Positions 19,612-29,780 of a stretch of DNA of 64,000 nt are shown here, one piece after another (within the stretch, counting starts at the first letter, position 1; every line of letters starts with the position of its first letter). Both the position numbers and the translations under genes were made by a program. The notes under the pieces were generated by a model, which was given only the letters and a program-made list of their open reading frames with translations, had not been told where the DNA came from and searched no databases. The stretch is taken from the IMG/VR virus record IMGVR_UViG_3300031132_000002, one strand, 5' to 3'. This DNA is from a virus.

Positions 19612-19857
19612 TTACAGTTCTACATCACTTCCTGGCTTTAAGTCGGTGTACAAACTATTTGCATACAAGAAGCCTTCAAAATGATCAATATCTTGGAAGC
19701 CTCTTTCTTTAGCTTTAGCATTTGCGAGTTTTCTACTCGGACTTAATCTTTCTGATGTATCTAAAATAACGGTAACGTCACAGTTCATATCTTTATCAAA
19801 ATACGTCTCAGTAACGCAACCAGCAAATTTATCTTTTGGTGTAGTATTCTTAGCCAT
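19612..19857 (-). CDS. hypothetical protein
   Basis: ORF coupled to upstream gene. Confidence 0.65.
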   Translation of the reverse strand: MAKNTTPKDKFAGCVTETYFDKDMNCDVTVILDTSERLSPSRKLANAKAKERGFQDIDHFEGFLYANSLYTDLKPGSDVEL

Positions 19858-20273
19858 TATTCCTCGGTATCGTCGGCAAAATTAGTGCCTGTTGGTGGCT
19901 GATGTTCGTTCCCGAAGTCAGCGAGTTTAGTGTGAATATCGCCCCATCCGTTGAACTCTTCATCGCCAACGTGGAGAATGTCCATTTTCTCATAGATACG
20001 CTTAAACTCATAGTCGCTACGCACAGGAAAACGGTATACGCTTGTTTTGAACACTACTTCACGCTCTTGGCTACGGATATAAATACCTTCTTCACGAGTG
20101 TATCCGGCTTTTTCTGAATCCCAACCAAGGAAGTGGAGAGCAAGTTTGAAGGTCTTACTGAATAGTTCACGAGGAATGTTACCGTGGTTGTCAGCAACCT
20201 CTTTCCAAGCTGGTGTCGCCTTGATGGTAGCCATACTTACAGAACCGTATACAGTGGTGTTAATCAGTGACAT
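19857..20273 (-). CDS. hypothetical protein
   Basis: ORF with AGGAG SD. Confidence 0.7.
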   Translation of the reverse strand: MSLINTTVYGSVSMATIKATPAWKEVADNHGNIPRELFSKTFKLALHFLGWDSEKAGYTREEGIYIRSQEREVVFKTSVYRFPVRSDYEFKRIYEKMDILHVGDEEFNGWGDIHTKLADFGNEHQPPTGTNFADDTEE

Positions 20274-20333
20274 AATTTGCTTCTCCTAATCTAAATAGTG
20301 GAGAGGGAAAGTTCCCTCTCAAAACGTGTGATG

Positions 20334-20363
20334 ATATTACTACAAAACCTACTTATTTGTCAA
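20334..20363 (-). promoter_or_regulatory. sigma70-like promoter for the nrd operon
   Basis: TTGACA with TAATAT-like -10 on the - strand. Confidence 0.6.
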
Positions 20364-20371
20364 CTACTTTC

Positions 20372-21358
20372 TTACCATTCCGAATGATTTTCCAGTAGCT
20401 GACGATGCTGAACAAACCCGCACAGATTTCCAGACCAGAACTGACCTTTATTATCTACGTGAGTATATCCAGGCAAGTCTCCATCCAGGAACCGTCCGAA
20501 GTCACCATAACACTCGGCAGAAGTTAAGATCATCGGTGTTGCCTGATGTTCGAATGGCGAGGCGTGAACCTTAGCGCCGGAAATCAGCTTACCGAAAATG
20601 TCTAAAGCCTTATCTTTAGTGTTGTTCAGTACACGATAGCTTACTTGAGCACAACAAGAAGAAGAAACAGCCTTAGCTTCTTCCACGCTAAGCATAACCT
20701 TGTTTCCATCTGTGCCTTCTACATAGTATCCACCAAATACAAAGACGTCATCACCTTCTAAGCCAACATTCTCATAGAAGTGCTCAACATAAGGTGTATG
20801 CCACTGCCCAGGCTCAAGCGCTTCCGGTTTGGAGTGGTCAATCGCTTTCTTCATTAGTTCTGCGATAGCTTTGATCGAAGGATCTGCATCTTTATCAATA
20901 CGCAGCCACCAGAAGTTAGCAAACTCTGTTGCAGTCAGAACAGTTTTAATAAACTGGAAAGGTTCCAATAAACGGTTTGCTACCTGCTTATGATAACCAG
21001 CGGCATTGAACTCTTCTGCAAAGCGAATAGCGCTAAGTGCAGCAAGATCCCACCACTCTACGGCAGAATATCCCGCGCCAAGTAGAGCATCAAAATCTAC
21101 ACCTTTATCCTGCATACCTGGCTGATTCTCTCCAAAACGGTAAGGACGTGCAGGTTTGTTACGGATGAGGTCGATGAGTTTTGTTACTGGAATCGCTCGG
21201 CTAGATGCGGCGTTTCGACTAAACAGGCGGTGAGTCATCATCTCTGAGTGAACCATTCGAGGGTAAACCAGTTCAAATGATGTGATACGCTTCCCTTCTG
21301 GGGAAATAGAGTCTGCAATAATCCTCGCAGAGTAGCCTTGGTCGTTAGTGAATTCCAT
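20372..21358 (-). CDS. thyX: flavin-dependent thymidylate synthase
   Basis: EMMTHRLFSRNAASSRAIP, HKQVANRLLEP, HASPFEHQA. Confidence 0.93.
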   Translation of the reverse strand: MEFTNDQGYSARIIADSISPEGKRITSFELVYPRMVHSEMMTHRLFSRNAASSRAIPVTKLIDLIRNKPARPYRFGENQPGMQDKGVDFDALLGAGYSAVEWWDLAALSAIRFAEEFNAAGYHKQVANRLLEPFQFIKTVLTATEFANFWWLRIDKDADPSIKAIAELMKKAIDHSKPEALEPGQWHTPYVEHFYENVGLEGDDVFVFGGYYVEGTDGNKVMLSVEEAKAVSSSCCAQVSYRVLNNTKDKALDIFGKLISGAKVHASPFEHQATPMILTSAECYGDFGRFLDGDLPGYTHVDNKGQFWSGNLCGFVQHRQLLENHSEW

Positions 21359-21368
21359 TAATCATCTC

Positions 21369-21956
21369 CTAAAATAAAATACTTTCAATATCATCCCACG
21401 GAGTTTCAATTGTGGTGATGTGTACATTTGGTTTGAGTGTCAACAGCATCAGTGCTGTGTCGTCATAGACAGTGTTGAAGTAAATCTTTTCGACACTATC
21501 TGGAAAGTTTAACAGGTTTTCTGCTCGGTCGTCAATCGCTATATCACAAGGAAGCAAATACTTTTCCTTTGTGGCAAAGAAGCCATTGCCGCTACCAGGC
21601 TCAAAGCTGTAATCGCTGGCAGTTCTTTTAACGTGACGGAACTTGCTACTGATATGACCGCCTCTTGTTACACTTCCTACGGAAAGGTTGTTCCCAAAAC
21701 GTGCCCACTTGTTTAGAACTCGGGCTGAACCTTCCACACTACCCATTGTATCATATAGGTGTGGGTTATCCCAATAGGACTGAGGATCAATTCCGTGCTG
21801 GTTCTTAAACCAAGAGAAGTACTCCCCCAGATTGTAATGAGTTGTCTTACCCTTCACAGGCATAGGGTCTTTTCTTCCGTCAATCTTGGCTAGCCAATCC
21901 CACCAACCAACATCCGTGGGAGCTACGCAAAGATCCCAATCACACATTATACGCAT
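21369..21956 (-). CDS. HAD 5'(3')-deoxyribonucleotidase-like protein
   Basis: DWDLCV motif I; K; IAIDDR..N motif IV. Confidence 0.8.
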   Translation of the reverse strand: MRIMCDWDLCVAPTDVGWWDWLAKIDGRKDPMPVKGKTTHYNLGEYFSWFKNQHGIDPQSYWDNPHLYDTMGSVEGSARVLNKWARFGNNLSVGSVTRGGHISSKFRHVKRTASDYSFEPGSGNGFFATKEKYLLPCDIAIDDRAENLLNFPDSVEKIYFNTVYDDTALMLLTLKPNVHITTIETPWDDIESILF

Positions 21957-21957
21957 A

Positions 21958-22509
21958 TTACCTTCCTTTCATAAAACATTTTCTGCACTGAGTTTCATAA
22001 ATATCTTCGCTGCCCAGCACCACTTGTTCTGTTGATTCAATCATTCTTCTATTGAACAATGCCTTTCTTCCGCACATACAGATGCTTTTCAGTTCTTGCA
22101 CCGAGTCTGCTAGTTCCAGTAACCTTTTACTACCAGCAAATAACTCTCCACGAAAATCTGTCTTTAATCCATAGCAGAACACAGGTATATCATAGTTGTC
22201 AACAATTGAAGCCAGGGCGTCAATTACCTCAGGAGAAAGAAACTGAGACTCGTCTACGAAAATTGCCTCAATGCTAGCCGGATCGATTGCATACTTCACC
22301 ACTTCGATATCAGCTACATCAGAGATACCCATAGCTTCACTCGAAACACCCAGACGAGAGGAGATAACACCCTCCCCATTCCTAGTGTCCAGTGCTGCTG
22401 TGAGAAGGAGAGTTTCTTTCTTCCTCTCCTTGTAGTTGTTCTTAGTTTGAAGTAAATGCAGGCTCTTACCGGCGTTCATTACGCTATGCCTGAAATACAA
22501 CTTTGCCAC
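21958..22509 (-). CDS. tdk: thymidine kinase
   Basis: MNAGKS, SSRLG, VDESQFL, YGLKTDFRGELF, C.CG, CRKC. Confidence 0.95.
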   Translation of the reverse strand: MAKLYFRHSVMNAGKSLHLLQTKNNYKERKKETLLLTAALDTRNGEGVISSRLGVSSEAMGISDVADIEVVKYAIDPASIEAIFVDESQFLSPEVIDALASIVDNYDIPVFCYGLKTDFRGELFAGSKRLLELADSVQELKSICMCGRKALFNRRMIESTEQVVLGSEDIYETQCRKCFMKGR

Positions 22510-22511
22510 TC

Positions 22512-23132
22512 TTACCCTCCTGTCATTAGAATTTTTATGATCTGTTCTCTTCTTTTTGCAATGGTGGACTCTGGTTCAACATTTCTTTCCTCCAGCCACT
22601 TTCTGTCTTGCTTACTGCCCACCAAACTGATCGCCTCTTTGATAGCTTTCGCTTCTTCAAAAGTAACTCCTTGCTTGTCTGAGTATGCCAGAATACTGTT
22701 GCATTTTTTGCAAACGATTCGTAAGTCTTTGTCATCAATGTATAAAAGACGAGTAATGAACCCAAGGATATCATCATACCCACGTAGAGACCCAGCAGCA
22801 GTTATGTGGTCAACCTCAAATTCTTTCTGAGGGCCAGTAATGCCACACATTTCGCACTTGCAATGCCAAACTTGCATCACACGTCCATTCTTGAAGTGCT
22901 TTTCTGCCTTGAAGCGATTAGCTGTAATCTTGGAAATCCTAAGAGGATGCTTACTCCAGCCTCTGCGTAGTAGACCACGCAACCATACGTAGAACTCAGA
23001 TTTAGTTCTCCAAGGTGTTCCCTCTCCCCAAACCTTCTTAGGTTCACCAGTAAGGTCTTCGATAACCTCAGTTAGGAGTGGCTTCTTTACAGCTTTCTTC
23101 CTTGTTACTTTCTTTCTAACAGCCTTAGCCAT
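22512..23132 (-). CDS. HNH endonuclease
   Basis: CEMC...EVDHI...LRIVCKKCN. Confidence 0.85.
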   Translation of the reverse strand: MAKAVRKKVTRKKAVKKPLLTEVIEDLTGEPKKVWGEGTPWRTKSEFYVWLRGLLRRGWSKHPLRISKITANRFKAEKHFKNGRVMQVWHCKCEMCGITGPQKEFEVDHITAAGSLRGYDDILGFITRLLYIDDKDLRIVCKKCNSILAYSDKQGVTFEEAKAIKEAISLVGSKQDRKWLEERNVEPESTIAKRREQIIKILMTGG

Positions 23133-23322
23133 TGTTCTTTACCTTAACTGCCCTGTAATCTCCAGGCGGTATATCATATTTGAAAAACAACATCCTGTCA
23201 AATGCTCTTTTGCAGAATGCTTCCTTGAGGGTTATATCGCACAAAAGGACGCCATTAGCGCCCTTTCTGTAGATCTTAACTTGATCACCCTCTTTGTAAT
23301 CTTGAGGGTTATTCTGCTTCAC
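23125..23322 (-). CDS. hypothetical protein
   Basis: ORF overlapping both neighbours. Confidence 0.55.
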   Translation of the reverse strand: MKQNNPQDYKEGDQVKIYRKGANGVLLCDITLKEAFCKRAFDRMLFFKYDIPPGDYRAVKVKNNG

Positions 23323-23698
23323 TTTCGATCATCGCCTCTACGTAGCGAATTGCTCTTTCATATTCGCCATTGTACATTGCTTTCAGTGCTGAACGGATTT
23401 CTGCTTGAGGAGTAAAGATTTCGATTAGTTTAAAAGCGAGTTCTGATTTGCTTGCATCGAATCCGAACGGATATGCTTCTGCCATAGTATTTGGATAACG
23501 GCTTTGCATCTCTTGTTCATATTTAACACAGTGGAGGGCTTTATTTAAGTTGATTAACTTATCGCCTTTATTGCGGGAAGCGTATTTAGCTAGCTTACAG
23601 AAGCCTGGAGTACCACCTACCATATAGGCTAGTTCCAGAGGTTGAAGTGACATCTCAGTGTAGTGCTTTCCATCAATCTGAGAATCGATTGCTGACAT
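23309..23698 (-). CDS. DUF3310 / T7 gp1.7-like protein
   Basis: QIDGKHY...QPLE...KY..RNK....L.KA. Confidence 0.7.
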   Translation of the reverse strand: MSAIDSQIDGKHYTEMSLQPLELAYMVGGTPGFCKLAKYASRNKGDKLINLNKALHCVKYEQEMQSRYPNTMAEAYPFGFDASKSELAFKLIEIFTPQAEIRSALKAMYNGEYERAIRYVEAMIESEAE

Positions 23699-23740
23699 AA
23701 TTATCTCCTCTAAATGAGAGGGCCGAAGCCCTCTTTGATA

Positions 23741-24703
23741 TTAAATACCGATGATAGTGTTGCCGCGTTTCTCTTTGCTGCGGAGGTTTACACGTCCACG
23801 AGAAAGGCTATCACACTGAGCACAACGGATAACTTCGAAGCTACTTACTGCGGTCTGGTGGAACTTGCCAGGAACAACAGCAACATCTGTGCTACCACAA
23901 CGTGAACAACGACAAGCATCGTCATTGTAGTAAGCTGATACGTTAGGGTGCTGAGGAATCCAGGCCAACAGTTTCAGGTATAGGTCACGTAGACTCAGAA
24001 CGTCACCATCGTTATAGGTTTGCATACGATTGAATGCATCACGATCTCCTTCGCAACAGGCTTTCCAGAGTGGGAATCCTTCGTTGTCCAACTTGAAGTT
24101 CTCAGTTTCAAAGTAGATACACATTTCTTTTAGTGCGTTAGAAGGTAGAGCAAACTGCTTCTTAGCGGCTTTCAGAGTATCAACCACAACATAAGGACTT
24201 GGTGGAACCATACCGTGATAAGCAAAGCGCTGATTGATATATGCACGGTCAAACTTAACACCGTTGTGAGCAATCAGAACATCTGCTTCGTCCATAATAC
24301 GCCACAGGTCTTGACACATATCGTAATCATCTGTGTGGTCGATATCAAACAGGTCATAGTCTGCCAGGCTCTTGCCTTCGACTTCTCCAGTATGCAGATC
24401 TGCAATAGAGTAAGAAAGCAGATAACCACGCTTAATCACTTGTTCTGGGGAAATGAAAGCCTTAAACCTACGGAAACTATACGCGATTTCTGGCGCTGTT
24501 TCAACGTCGATGATCTTAATAACAGGGCCGTCTTTCTTAATGGTCTGTACAGTGATAACTCCAGCTTCACGAGCCAGGAAGTCATTCACAGTGCTCTTGC
24601 GAGAACTGCTGCCTAAAACTAATGAAGCAATTGCGCGAGAACTGAATCCCTGCTCTTTACGTTCAAGGATTTCAATCTTTTGCTTTTCGGTTAACTTACT
24701 CAT
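23741..24703 (-). CDS. DnaQ/RNase H-like 3'-5' exonuclease with N-terminal HTH and C-terminal Zn ribbon
   Basis: IIDVETAP, AHNGVKFD, DTLK, YNDGDV, CSRC..CAQC. Confidence 0.85.
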   Translation of the reverse strand: MSKLTEKQKIEILERKEQGFSSRAIASLVLGSSSRKSTVNDFLAREAGVITVQTIKKDGPVIKIIDVETAPEIAYSFRRFKAFISPEQVIKRGYLLSYSIADLHTGEVEGKSLADYDLFDIDHTDDYDMCQDLWRIMDEADVLIAHNGVKFDRAYINQRFAYHGMVPPSPYVVVDTLKAAKKQFALPSNALKEMCIYFETENFKLDNEGFPLWKACCEGDRDAFNRMQTYNDGDVLSLRDLYLKLLAWIPQHPNVSAYYNDDACRCSRCGSTDVAVVPGKFHQTAVSSFEVIRCAQCDSLSRGRVNLRSKEKRGNTIIGI

Positions 24704-25827
24704 TATTTCTCCTGAAACCCTTGAAGCATACTTTCAAAGGTTGTATCATCATTATGTACACGTTTCATATAGACTAACTGGAAGATCGTTTCAATCCACT
24801 CGTCTGTTGACATTTCAATTTCCTTTCCTGTCCAAGAAGTAAACTTAACACCTTCTGGGAACCAAGTATGGAATTGAGTTTTGACTTTGCTGAATAAATC
24901 GTACTGAGATTCACTGTCTTTGATTAGGGCAAAGCAGGTGAGGTCTCCGAACTTAATATTGAAGTCTTGGTAAGGTCTTACTGTGTCCGTATCATCACCC
25001 ATTAGCATCTGATAAGCCAACCAGTAACTTCCCCAGCCCTTAACCTCTTTGGTAACTTTACCCTTAGAGTTAGTCTTCTCATTTACCCAGATATCACCAA
25101 TCGAATCATCAATAAAGATGACTTCTGGCTCTTTATAGACAGTTGAGCCTGGTTCTCTGTAGAAGTTTAGAAGAAAGCCTGGAGTGTGTAGACTATCTTT
25201 ATCCATCGATGCAATGATGCACGATGTTTTTCCAGTTCGTAGGTAATCGTTATATCCACCAAAAGCACGAATCTCCATAGCATCATCAGCTTCGATTTCA
25301 ACTACTACATCGCCGTAATGATGTTCTACAAGGAAGTCTTTGGTTTCTGCTAACTGAACTGGCTTTGTTTCTGCACGAGAGGATTTGTATTCTTTGGGAA
25401 GCTCTAAGCGATGACGGAATGTTTTTCCTACGCCGATAACGCCTGAATACTTTGTTAGCTTGAGGTGCTTAACAATTCCTTCGAGTTTGGATTTTGCTGC
25501 TTGGAAGGTATGGGAAATATCTTTTGCTGGAATCTGTAGATTAACAATCTCGAAATCTTCCTTAGCGAAAGTCTTTGCTCCTTTCTCTTCTCTTTCCTTG
25601 TTCTGGAGTGCCAACCATCCTCCGATAGCTTTTCCACCACCCCAAAACTCTGTTTTATGCTTAAACTGCTTTCTCCTGCCTGAGGCGATGTGTACAGCCT
25701 CGATTGCTCTCTGTTCTAATGCTGATGCACCTTGGAAAGCAATCTGATCATAGTCGATCACTACTTCCGTGTTCTCATCTACATATTTAGGCAGGTCTTC
25801 CAGTTTGATTGTAATAAAGCCGCTAAT
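24703..25827 (-). CDS. 5'-3' exonuclease (T7 gp6/T5 D15-like); probable ATT start
   Basis: IDYD, FR..L..EYKSSR, IEADD, DKD, MGDDTD; frame stays open 22 codons upstream of GTG 25761 to an ATT with AGGAGG SD. Confidence 0.88.
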   Translation of the reverse strand: MSGFITIKLEDLPKYVDENTEVVIDYDQIAFQGASALEQRAIEAVHIASGRRKQFKHKTEFWGGGKAIGGWLALQNKEREEKGAKTFAKEDFEIVNLQIPAKDISHTFQAAKSKLEGIVKHLKLTKYSGVIGVGKTFRHRLELPKEYKSSRAETKPVQLAETKDFLVEHHYGDVVVEIEADDAMEIRAFGGYNDYLRTGKTSCIIASMDKDSLHTPGFLLNFYREPGSTVYKEPEVIFIDDSIGDIWVNEKTNSKGKVTKEVKGWGSYWLAYQMLMGDDTDTVRPYQDFNIKFGDLTCFALIKDSESQYDLFSKVKTQFHTWFPEGVKFTSWTGKEIEMSTDEWIETIFQLVYMKRVHNDDTTFESMLQGFQEK

Positions 25828-25845
25828 AACATCCTCCTAGTGATG

Positions 25846-26043
25846 TTAATCGGCATCGAAAGTCTCCGTATGCCGACATTGTGAATTCTCGCTGACCTCA
25901 ACAGTCTCTGTATGGCTGGCATTAGAATATACACAATATTTGGCGTTACCGCTGATGTACTCTGCTTCAAGGATTAATGTAGTCTGTTGCGCTGCGGCAC
26001 AGAAGGAAGTCATTAATGCGATTGCGAGGATTGTTCGTTTCAT
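25846..26043 (-). CDS. small exported protein with signal peptide
   Basis: AGGAG SD; MKRTILAIALMTSFCAAA signal peptide; two Cys in the mature part. Confidence 0.65.
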   Translation of the reverse strand: MKRTILAIALMTSFCAAAQQTTLILEAEYISGNAKYCVYSNASHTETVEVSENSQCRHTETFDAD

Positions 26044-26117
26044 TGTGATTCTCCTAATAAAAAGCCCTTCGTTACTAGAAGGGCATATTAACATAACTAG
26101 ACTGAGCGTGTCAATGA

Positions 26118-26996
26118 CTATTTGCTAAAAGTTTCTTCTTTTAGGTCACTGATGACACCACGAAGCTCATTCACGATTGCAAGCACGTTTGCTTCGAAGG
26201 TTCCGTCTTCTTGGAAGCTCTTGTCAAACTTGATTGATTTCAGAGTAAACTCGGTGTCTACGACGAAAGTTAGTACCGCATCGTAATCCAGACCAATAGC
26301 CTGAACCTGCTTACCAGTTTCCAGAAGTTCAGATGCTTCTGACTGATACAGACTTTCTTTAGTCCAGACAACAACACCATCAGCATCAGCCAGTTTGATG
26401 TAGTTACCCAGAGCCAGGCGGGTAGTAATATCGCCTGTCAGCAGTTCTGCAAAACCAGATACCACTTTAGACTCGTCTTCAACAACGCTCTCTACAGGGA
26501 AGCTGTCGATCAACACACGAACGAAGTCGGTAAGTTTCTCACTTGCTTTCTTAGTTGTGTTGACGATGAACACTTGACTGTTATCTTTATCAATAATCAA
26601 CAGGTTCTGGAATTCATCAACCTCAGTCTCTGGCAGCAGAGAGAAAGTGATTTCCTCAGCGATAATATCTTTATCTTCCTTGCTAACCTTCAAGGTTTCG
26701 CCTGGGTTATTCTCGGCATACTGTGCCTGCATCTGAGCTACGCGCTCTTTCACCAGACGCTTGACTTTCTTCTTGTTGACTTTCTTAACACTGGAGCCGA
26801 TGTTGATCACTTGCAGTCCTGCAAACTCTTTAACAAACTCGCCGTCAATATGAATCAAGCCGATGCTCTCCTGCTCCCACTCACCCGCTGGAACGTATTC
26901 GAATGGGCGGTCAGTGATCTCGTTAATAACGTTCAGGTCAACTGCTTCGGTCAGGTTCAGGGTAACAACTGATTTGAAGTTTTTTGCGAATGACAT
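26118..26996 (-). CDS. RdgC-like recombination-associated protein
   Basis: FAKNF, ESIG, K.V.R.V.ER, KD.I.EEI...LLP, GKQVQAIGL.Y...LTFVVD.EF.LKSIKF. Confidence 0.7.
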   Translation of the reverse strand: MSFAKNFKSVVTLNLTEAVDLNVINEITDRPFEYVPAGEWEQESIGLIHIDGEFVKEFAGLQVINIGSSVKKVNKKKVKRLVKERVAQMQAQYAENNPGETLKVSKEDKDIIAEEITFSLLPETEVDEFQNLLIIDKDNSQVFIVNTTKKASEKLTDFVRVLIDSFPVESVVEDESKVVSGFAELLTGDITTRLALGNYIKLADADGVVVWTKESLYQSEASELLETGKQVQAIGLDYDAVLTFVVDTEFTLKSIKFDKSFQEDGTFEANVLAIVNELRGVISDLKEETFSK

Positions 26997-27040
26997 AATA
27001 TTCTCCTTTGTTAATTAAGGGTTGTCTCCAACCCTACACA

Positions 27041-27328
27041 TTATTTAACTACTTTTACGAAGTAGTTCACTTTCGAATAGACTACAGCATAATCAGGAAG
27101 TTTGCAACCTTTATATGCTTTATTCATCACTACTTGTGCAGTCGTTGCTTTGTTGCTTGGATTAGCCAACCATTGTTCTTCTGTATAGAAGTGAACAACC
27201 AGCTTACCGCGTTGAGAATGGGTTAAAGTCACATCCTCTGTGGTAATATCATCAAGGCCAGCATCTTTCAACTGCTTAATGATTTGAACCAACTGATACT
27301 GCATTGCTTGTGTTGCTGCGCTCATCAC
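27041..27328 (-). CDS. hypothetical protein
   Basis: ORF overlapping upstream stop. Confidence 0.6.
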   Translation of the reverse strand: MMSAATQAMQYQLVQIIKQLKDAGLDDITTEDVTLTHSQRGKLVVHFYTEEQWLANPSNKATTAQVVMNKAYKGCKLPDYAVVYSKVNYFVKVVK

Positions 27329-28062
27329 TTCACCATAAACGGAGTAAGATCTGCTGGGCTGAAAGTAGAAGGCTTCATATACTTGCCGTTACCATCAACG
27401 AAAGCATACACCTTAAACTCTTCATTGTAAACATAACCGAAGTCAGAATATTCGGTACGGTTTGCCTTAATCCATACCAGTTCTTCTGCCAGAACATCCT
27501 CTAATGGAGCATCAGGGAGTTTGTGGCTTTCACGAAGCGCTTCCTCGGTAGGAAACTTGCTGTCGTTGCTACGCAGAACTTCTGTCAAAGCACCTTTACC
27601 ATCGTGGACGGTCTTAACCAAAGAATCACGAGATGAGCGGAAGATAGCCGCCATTAGAAAGGCCATCTGATCAGAGGTATCCAGTACTTCGCGGGAACGG
27701 CACAGTGTTTCATACGGATCGCTAGCCAGATGATCACCAACCCCATACTTCATAAACTCTTCTGTGATATCTGCACCGAAGAACATATAAGTAAGGAAAC
27801 CAGAGACAACGAAGATATCTGCGGCTGCATCCAGCATTTCAACTTGATCGTTGTTTTGGAATGCATCACGGTATTCTTTTAGTTCTTCTTCCACCAGTTC
27901 AATCTGATGTGAAAACTTCTCGTGAGTAAAGCGCTTGGCAAACTCTTCAAAGTTATTCGGAGATTCGTTCATAGCAATTGCGTTCCACGCAATGACGTTA
28001 TTAACTGCTGAAATGAAGAATGCTGAATGGTTGCGTTGTTCTTTGTAAAACTTCTTAGACAT
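27325..28062 (-). CDS. MazG-like/all-alpha NTP pyrophosphohydrolase
   Basis: EEELKEY...EMLDAAADIFVV, SNDSK, GKYMKP.TF..ADL. Confidence 0.8.
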   Translation of the reverse strand: MSKKFYKEQRNHSAFFISAVNNVIAWNAIAMNESPNNFEEFAKRFTHEKFSHQIELVEEELKEYRDAFQNNDQVEMLDAAADIFVVSGFLTYMFFGADITEEFMKYGVGDHLASDPYETLCRSREVLDTSDQMAFLMAAIFRSSRDSLVKTVHDGKGALTEVLRSNDSKFPTEEALRESHKLPDAPLEDVLAEELVWIKANRTEYSDFGYVYNEEFKVYAFVDGNGKYMKPSTFSPADLTPFMVK

Positions 28063-28099
28063 TATCTCTCCTATATGAGGGCCGAAGCCCTCTATTTAT

Positions 28100-28279
28100 T
28101 TATTGTGCGATCCAGGTTGCTGCTTTAAGAATCCAATCTGCTGCGCCATATCCGGCAAAGTATGCGATAAAGATACTCAGGATACTAGCAAACGTGGTCT
28201 TGTGTTCTGTGTTGAGTACGTAGTATGCGAAAAACGCAATCCATACGATTGATAAAATAACTACTGCGGTAGTAAGCAT
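28100..28279 (-). CDS. small membrane protein (2 TM)
   Basis: MLTTAVVILSIVWIAFFAYYV... two hydrophobic helices. Confidence 0.6.
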   Translation of the reverse strand: MLTTAVVILSIVWIAFFAYYVLNTEHKTTFASILSIFIAYFAGYGAADWILKAATWIAQ

Positions 28280-29595
28280 TATTCTAATACCTCCCAAGTT
28301 GTAGGATTAACATCACGTTCTGTGATGCCTGATGCGAAGCTAGGCGCTCCGTCGTCTGTGTATGCCTGGAAACTGATGGTGATGAACTTACCTACCAGAT
28401 ACATACAGTTCATACGATACTGATGGGTGCCTTTCATCTTAACTTTGAACTCGACACCACTTTGAAGACGACAGTGTAACAGAACTTCCTCGTTCTTGTC
28501 AATCTCAAATCCAAAAACAAATGCTTCGGTCGTCTGGAAAATCTTCCATTTAATCAGGTCAGATGAACGTTGATTGAACTCATACACACCTTTGAAGTTA
28601 CGTACAATTACGCCTTCATAGTTTGATTGCATATAAATACCAATCTGTTCTTTTACTTCGGCTTCTGTGCTGAGGACTTTACCTCGTACAAAAACCAAAT
28701 GACTCATACCGCTCCCTTCCAGTTCGGTGAGCATCAAATCAGTTAGTCGGCAATCTGCCCATTTAATCTGATCTTCTGGTTTCTTGATGTACCATTGCTT
28801 TTTAGCGTCAGGAATATCAAAAATGTGGAACTGGAGATCAGCACTTTCATAACCGTTGTATCGATCAGTATCGCGTACTGGCTCAACGTCAACGCTTATT
28901 TCCCGCTTAGCAAAGTTCTTCCAAGTGGGTTCGCCTGATGCAATTGCCTTGGATCGACGCTTCTTGTCTGCCTCAAAGTCTTTATCAATCTCAACTTCAA
29001 TCTGAGCGTGAGTACGCCACTTTTTAGCCAGAGCTACAATCTTTTGCAGACTTAAACCGTGGAGATATACTTCACCGTCGAACATAGGAGTACGGTTTTC
29101 GAAGATTGTGTTTAGGGTTTTATCCCGTAACTCACTCAACTGCTCGGCTATTTTTCCTTGGATCGGATAGGTTTTGTTCCCTCGACTATTGAAAATAGGA
29201 TTGCCAGATACATCAAAAGTAACCAAGCAACGTAAACCATCCAGCTTCGGCTGAACATAACAAGGATACACAATATCGTGGCTGCGCTTGTTACCATCGT
29301 GGGCAAGCATAGGAGAAAATTGTTCAACTGTTTCCAGTTCTTCCGTAGATTCACGATATCCAGTACGGACTTGCTTTTCCCATTTAGAGATTGCTTCCAA
29401 TACTGCTTGCTCTTCTGCTGTCGTTTCATTAGCTCGACCTACATTCTTAGGCTTTGCTTCCGTGCGTTTGACTTGGATTTTTCCACCCAACTTTCCAAAC
29501 TCTACAACAATTGTGCTCCCAACAGTAAACACTTTCCACTGCTGAAAACTTTCATCTTTGTTCAGAGCATACAGAGTAGTTTTTACTTGGTGCAT
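28279..29595 (-). CDS. ATP-dependent DNA ligase
   Basis: QPKLDGLRC, SRGNK, FDGEVY, FHIFD, EGVIVR, LIKWK. Confidence 0.93.
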   Translation of the reverse strand: MHQVKTTLYALNKDESFQQWKVFTVGSTIVVEFGKLGGKIQVKRTEAKPKNVGRANETTAEEQAVLEAISKWEKQVRTGYRESTEELETVEQFSPMLAHDGNKRSHDIVYPCYVQPKLDGLRCLVTFDVSGNPIFNSRGNKTYPIQGKIAEQLSELRDKTLNTIFENRTPMFDGEVYLHGLSLQKIVALAKKWRTHAQIEVEIDKDFEADKKRRSKAIASGEPTWKNFAKREISVDVEPVRDTDRYNGYESADLQFHIFDIPDAKKQWYIKKPEDQIKWADCRLTDLMLTELEGSGMSHLVFVRGKVLSTEAEVKEQIGIYMQSNYEGVIVRNFKGVYEFNQRSSDLIKWKIFQTTEAFVFGFEIDKNEEVLLHCRLQSGVEFKVKMKGTHQYRMNCMYLVGKFITISFQAYTDDGAPSFASGITERDVNPTTWEVLE

Positions 29596-29780
29596 TGATA
29601 CTCCTCATCATTTAGAAAACGAAGAACAGAGTTGCTTACAGTGTTTGTCTGCAAGTCACCAACTAAGTTCATCCAAACTACTCGTGAACTACCTTCGTAA
29701 AGACAAAGAATAGTCATAGGAACACCGCCAGATTTAAGCTTGACGATATCCCCGATTTTGAAATCAGGGACTTTGTTCAT
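29583..29780 (-). CDS. YodC/DUF2158-like small protein
   Basis: FKIGDIVKLKSGGVPMTI. Confidence 0.75.
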   Translation of the reverse strand: MNKVPDFKIGDIVKLKSGGVPMTILCLYEGSSRVVWMNLVGDLQTNTVSNSVLRFLNDEEYQCTK

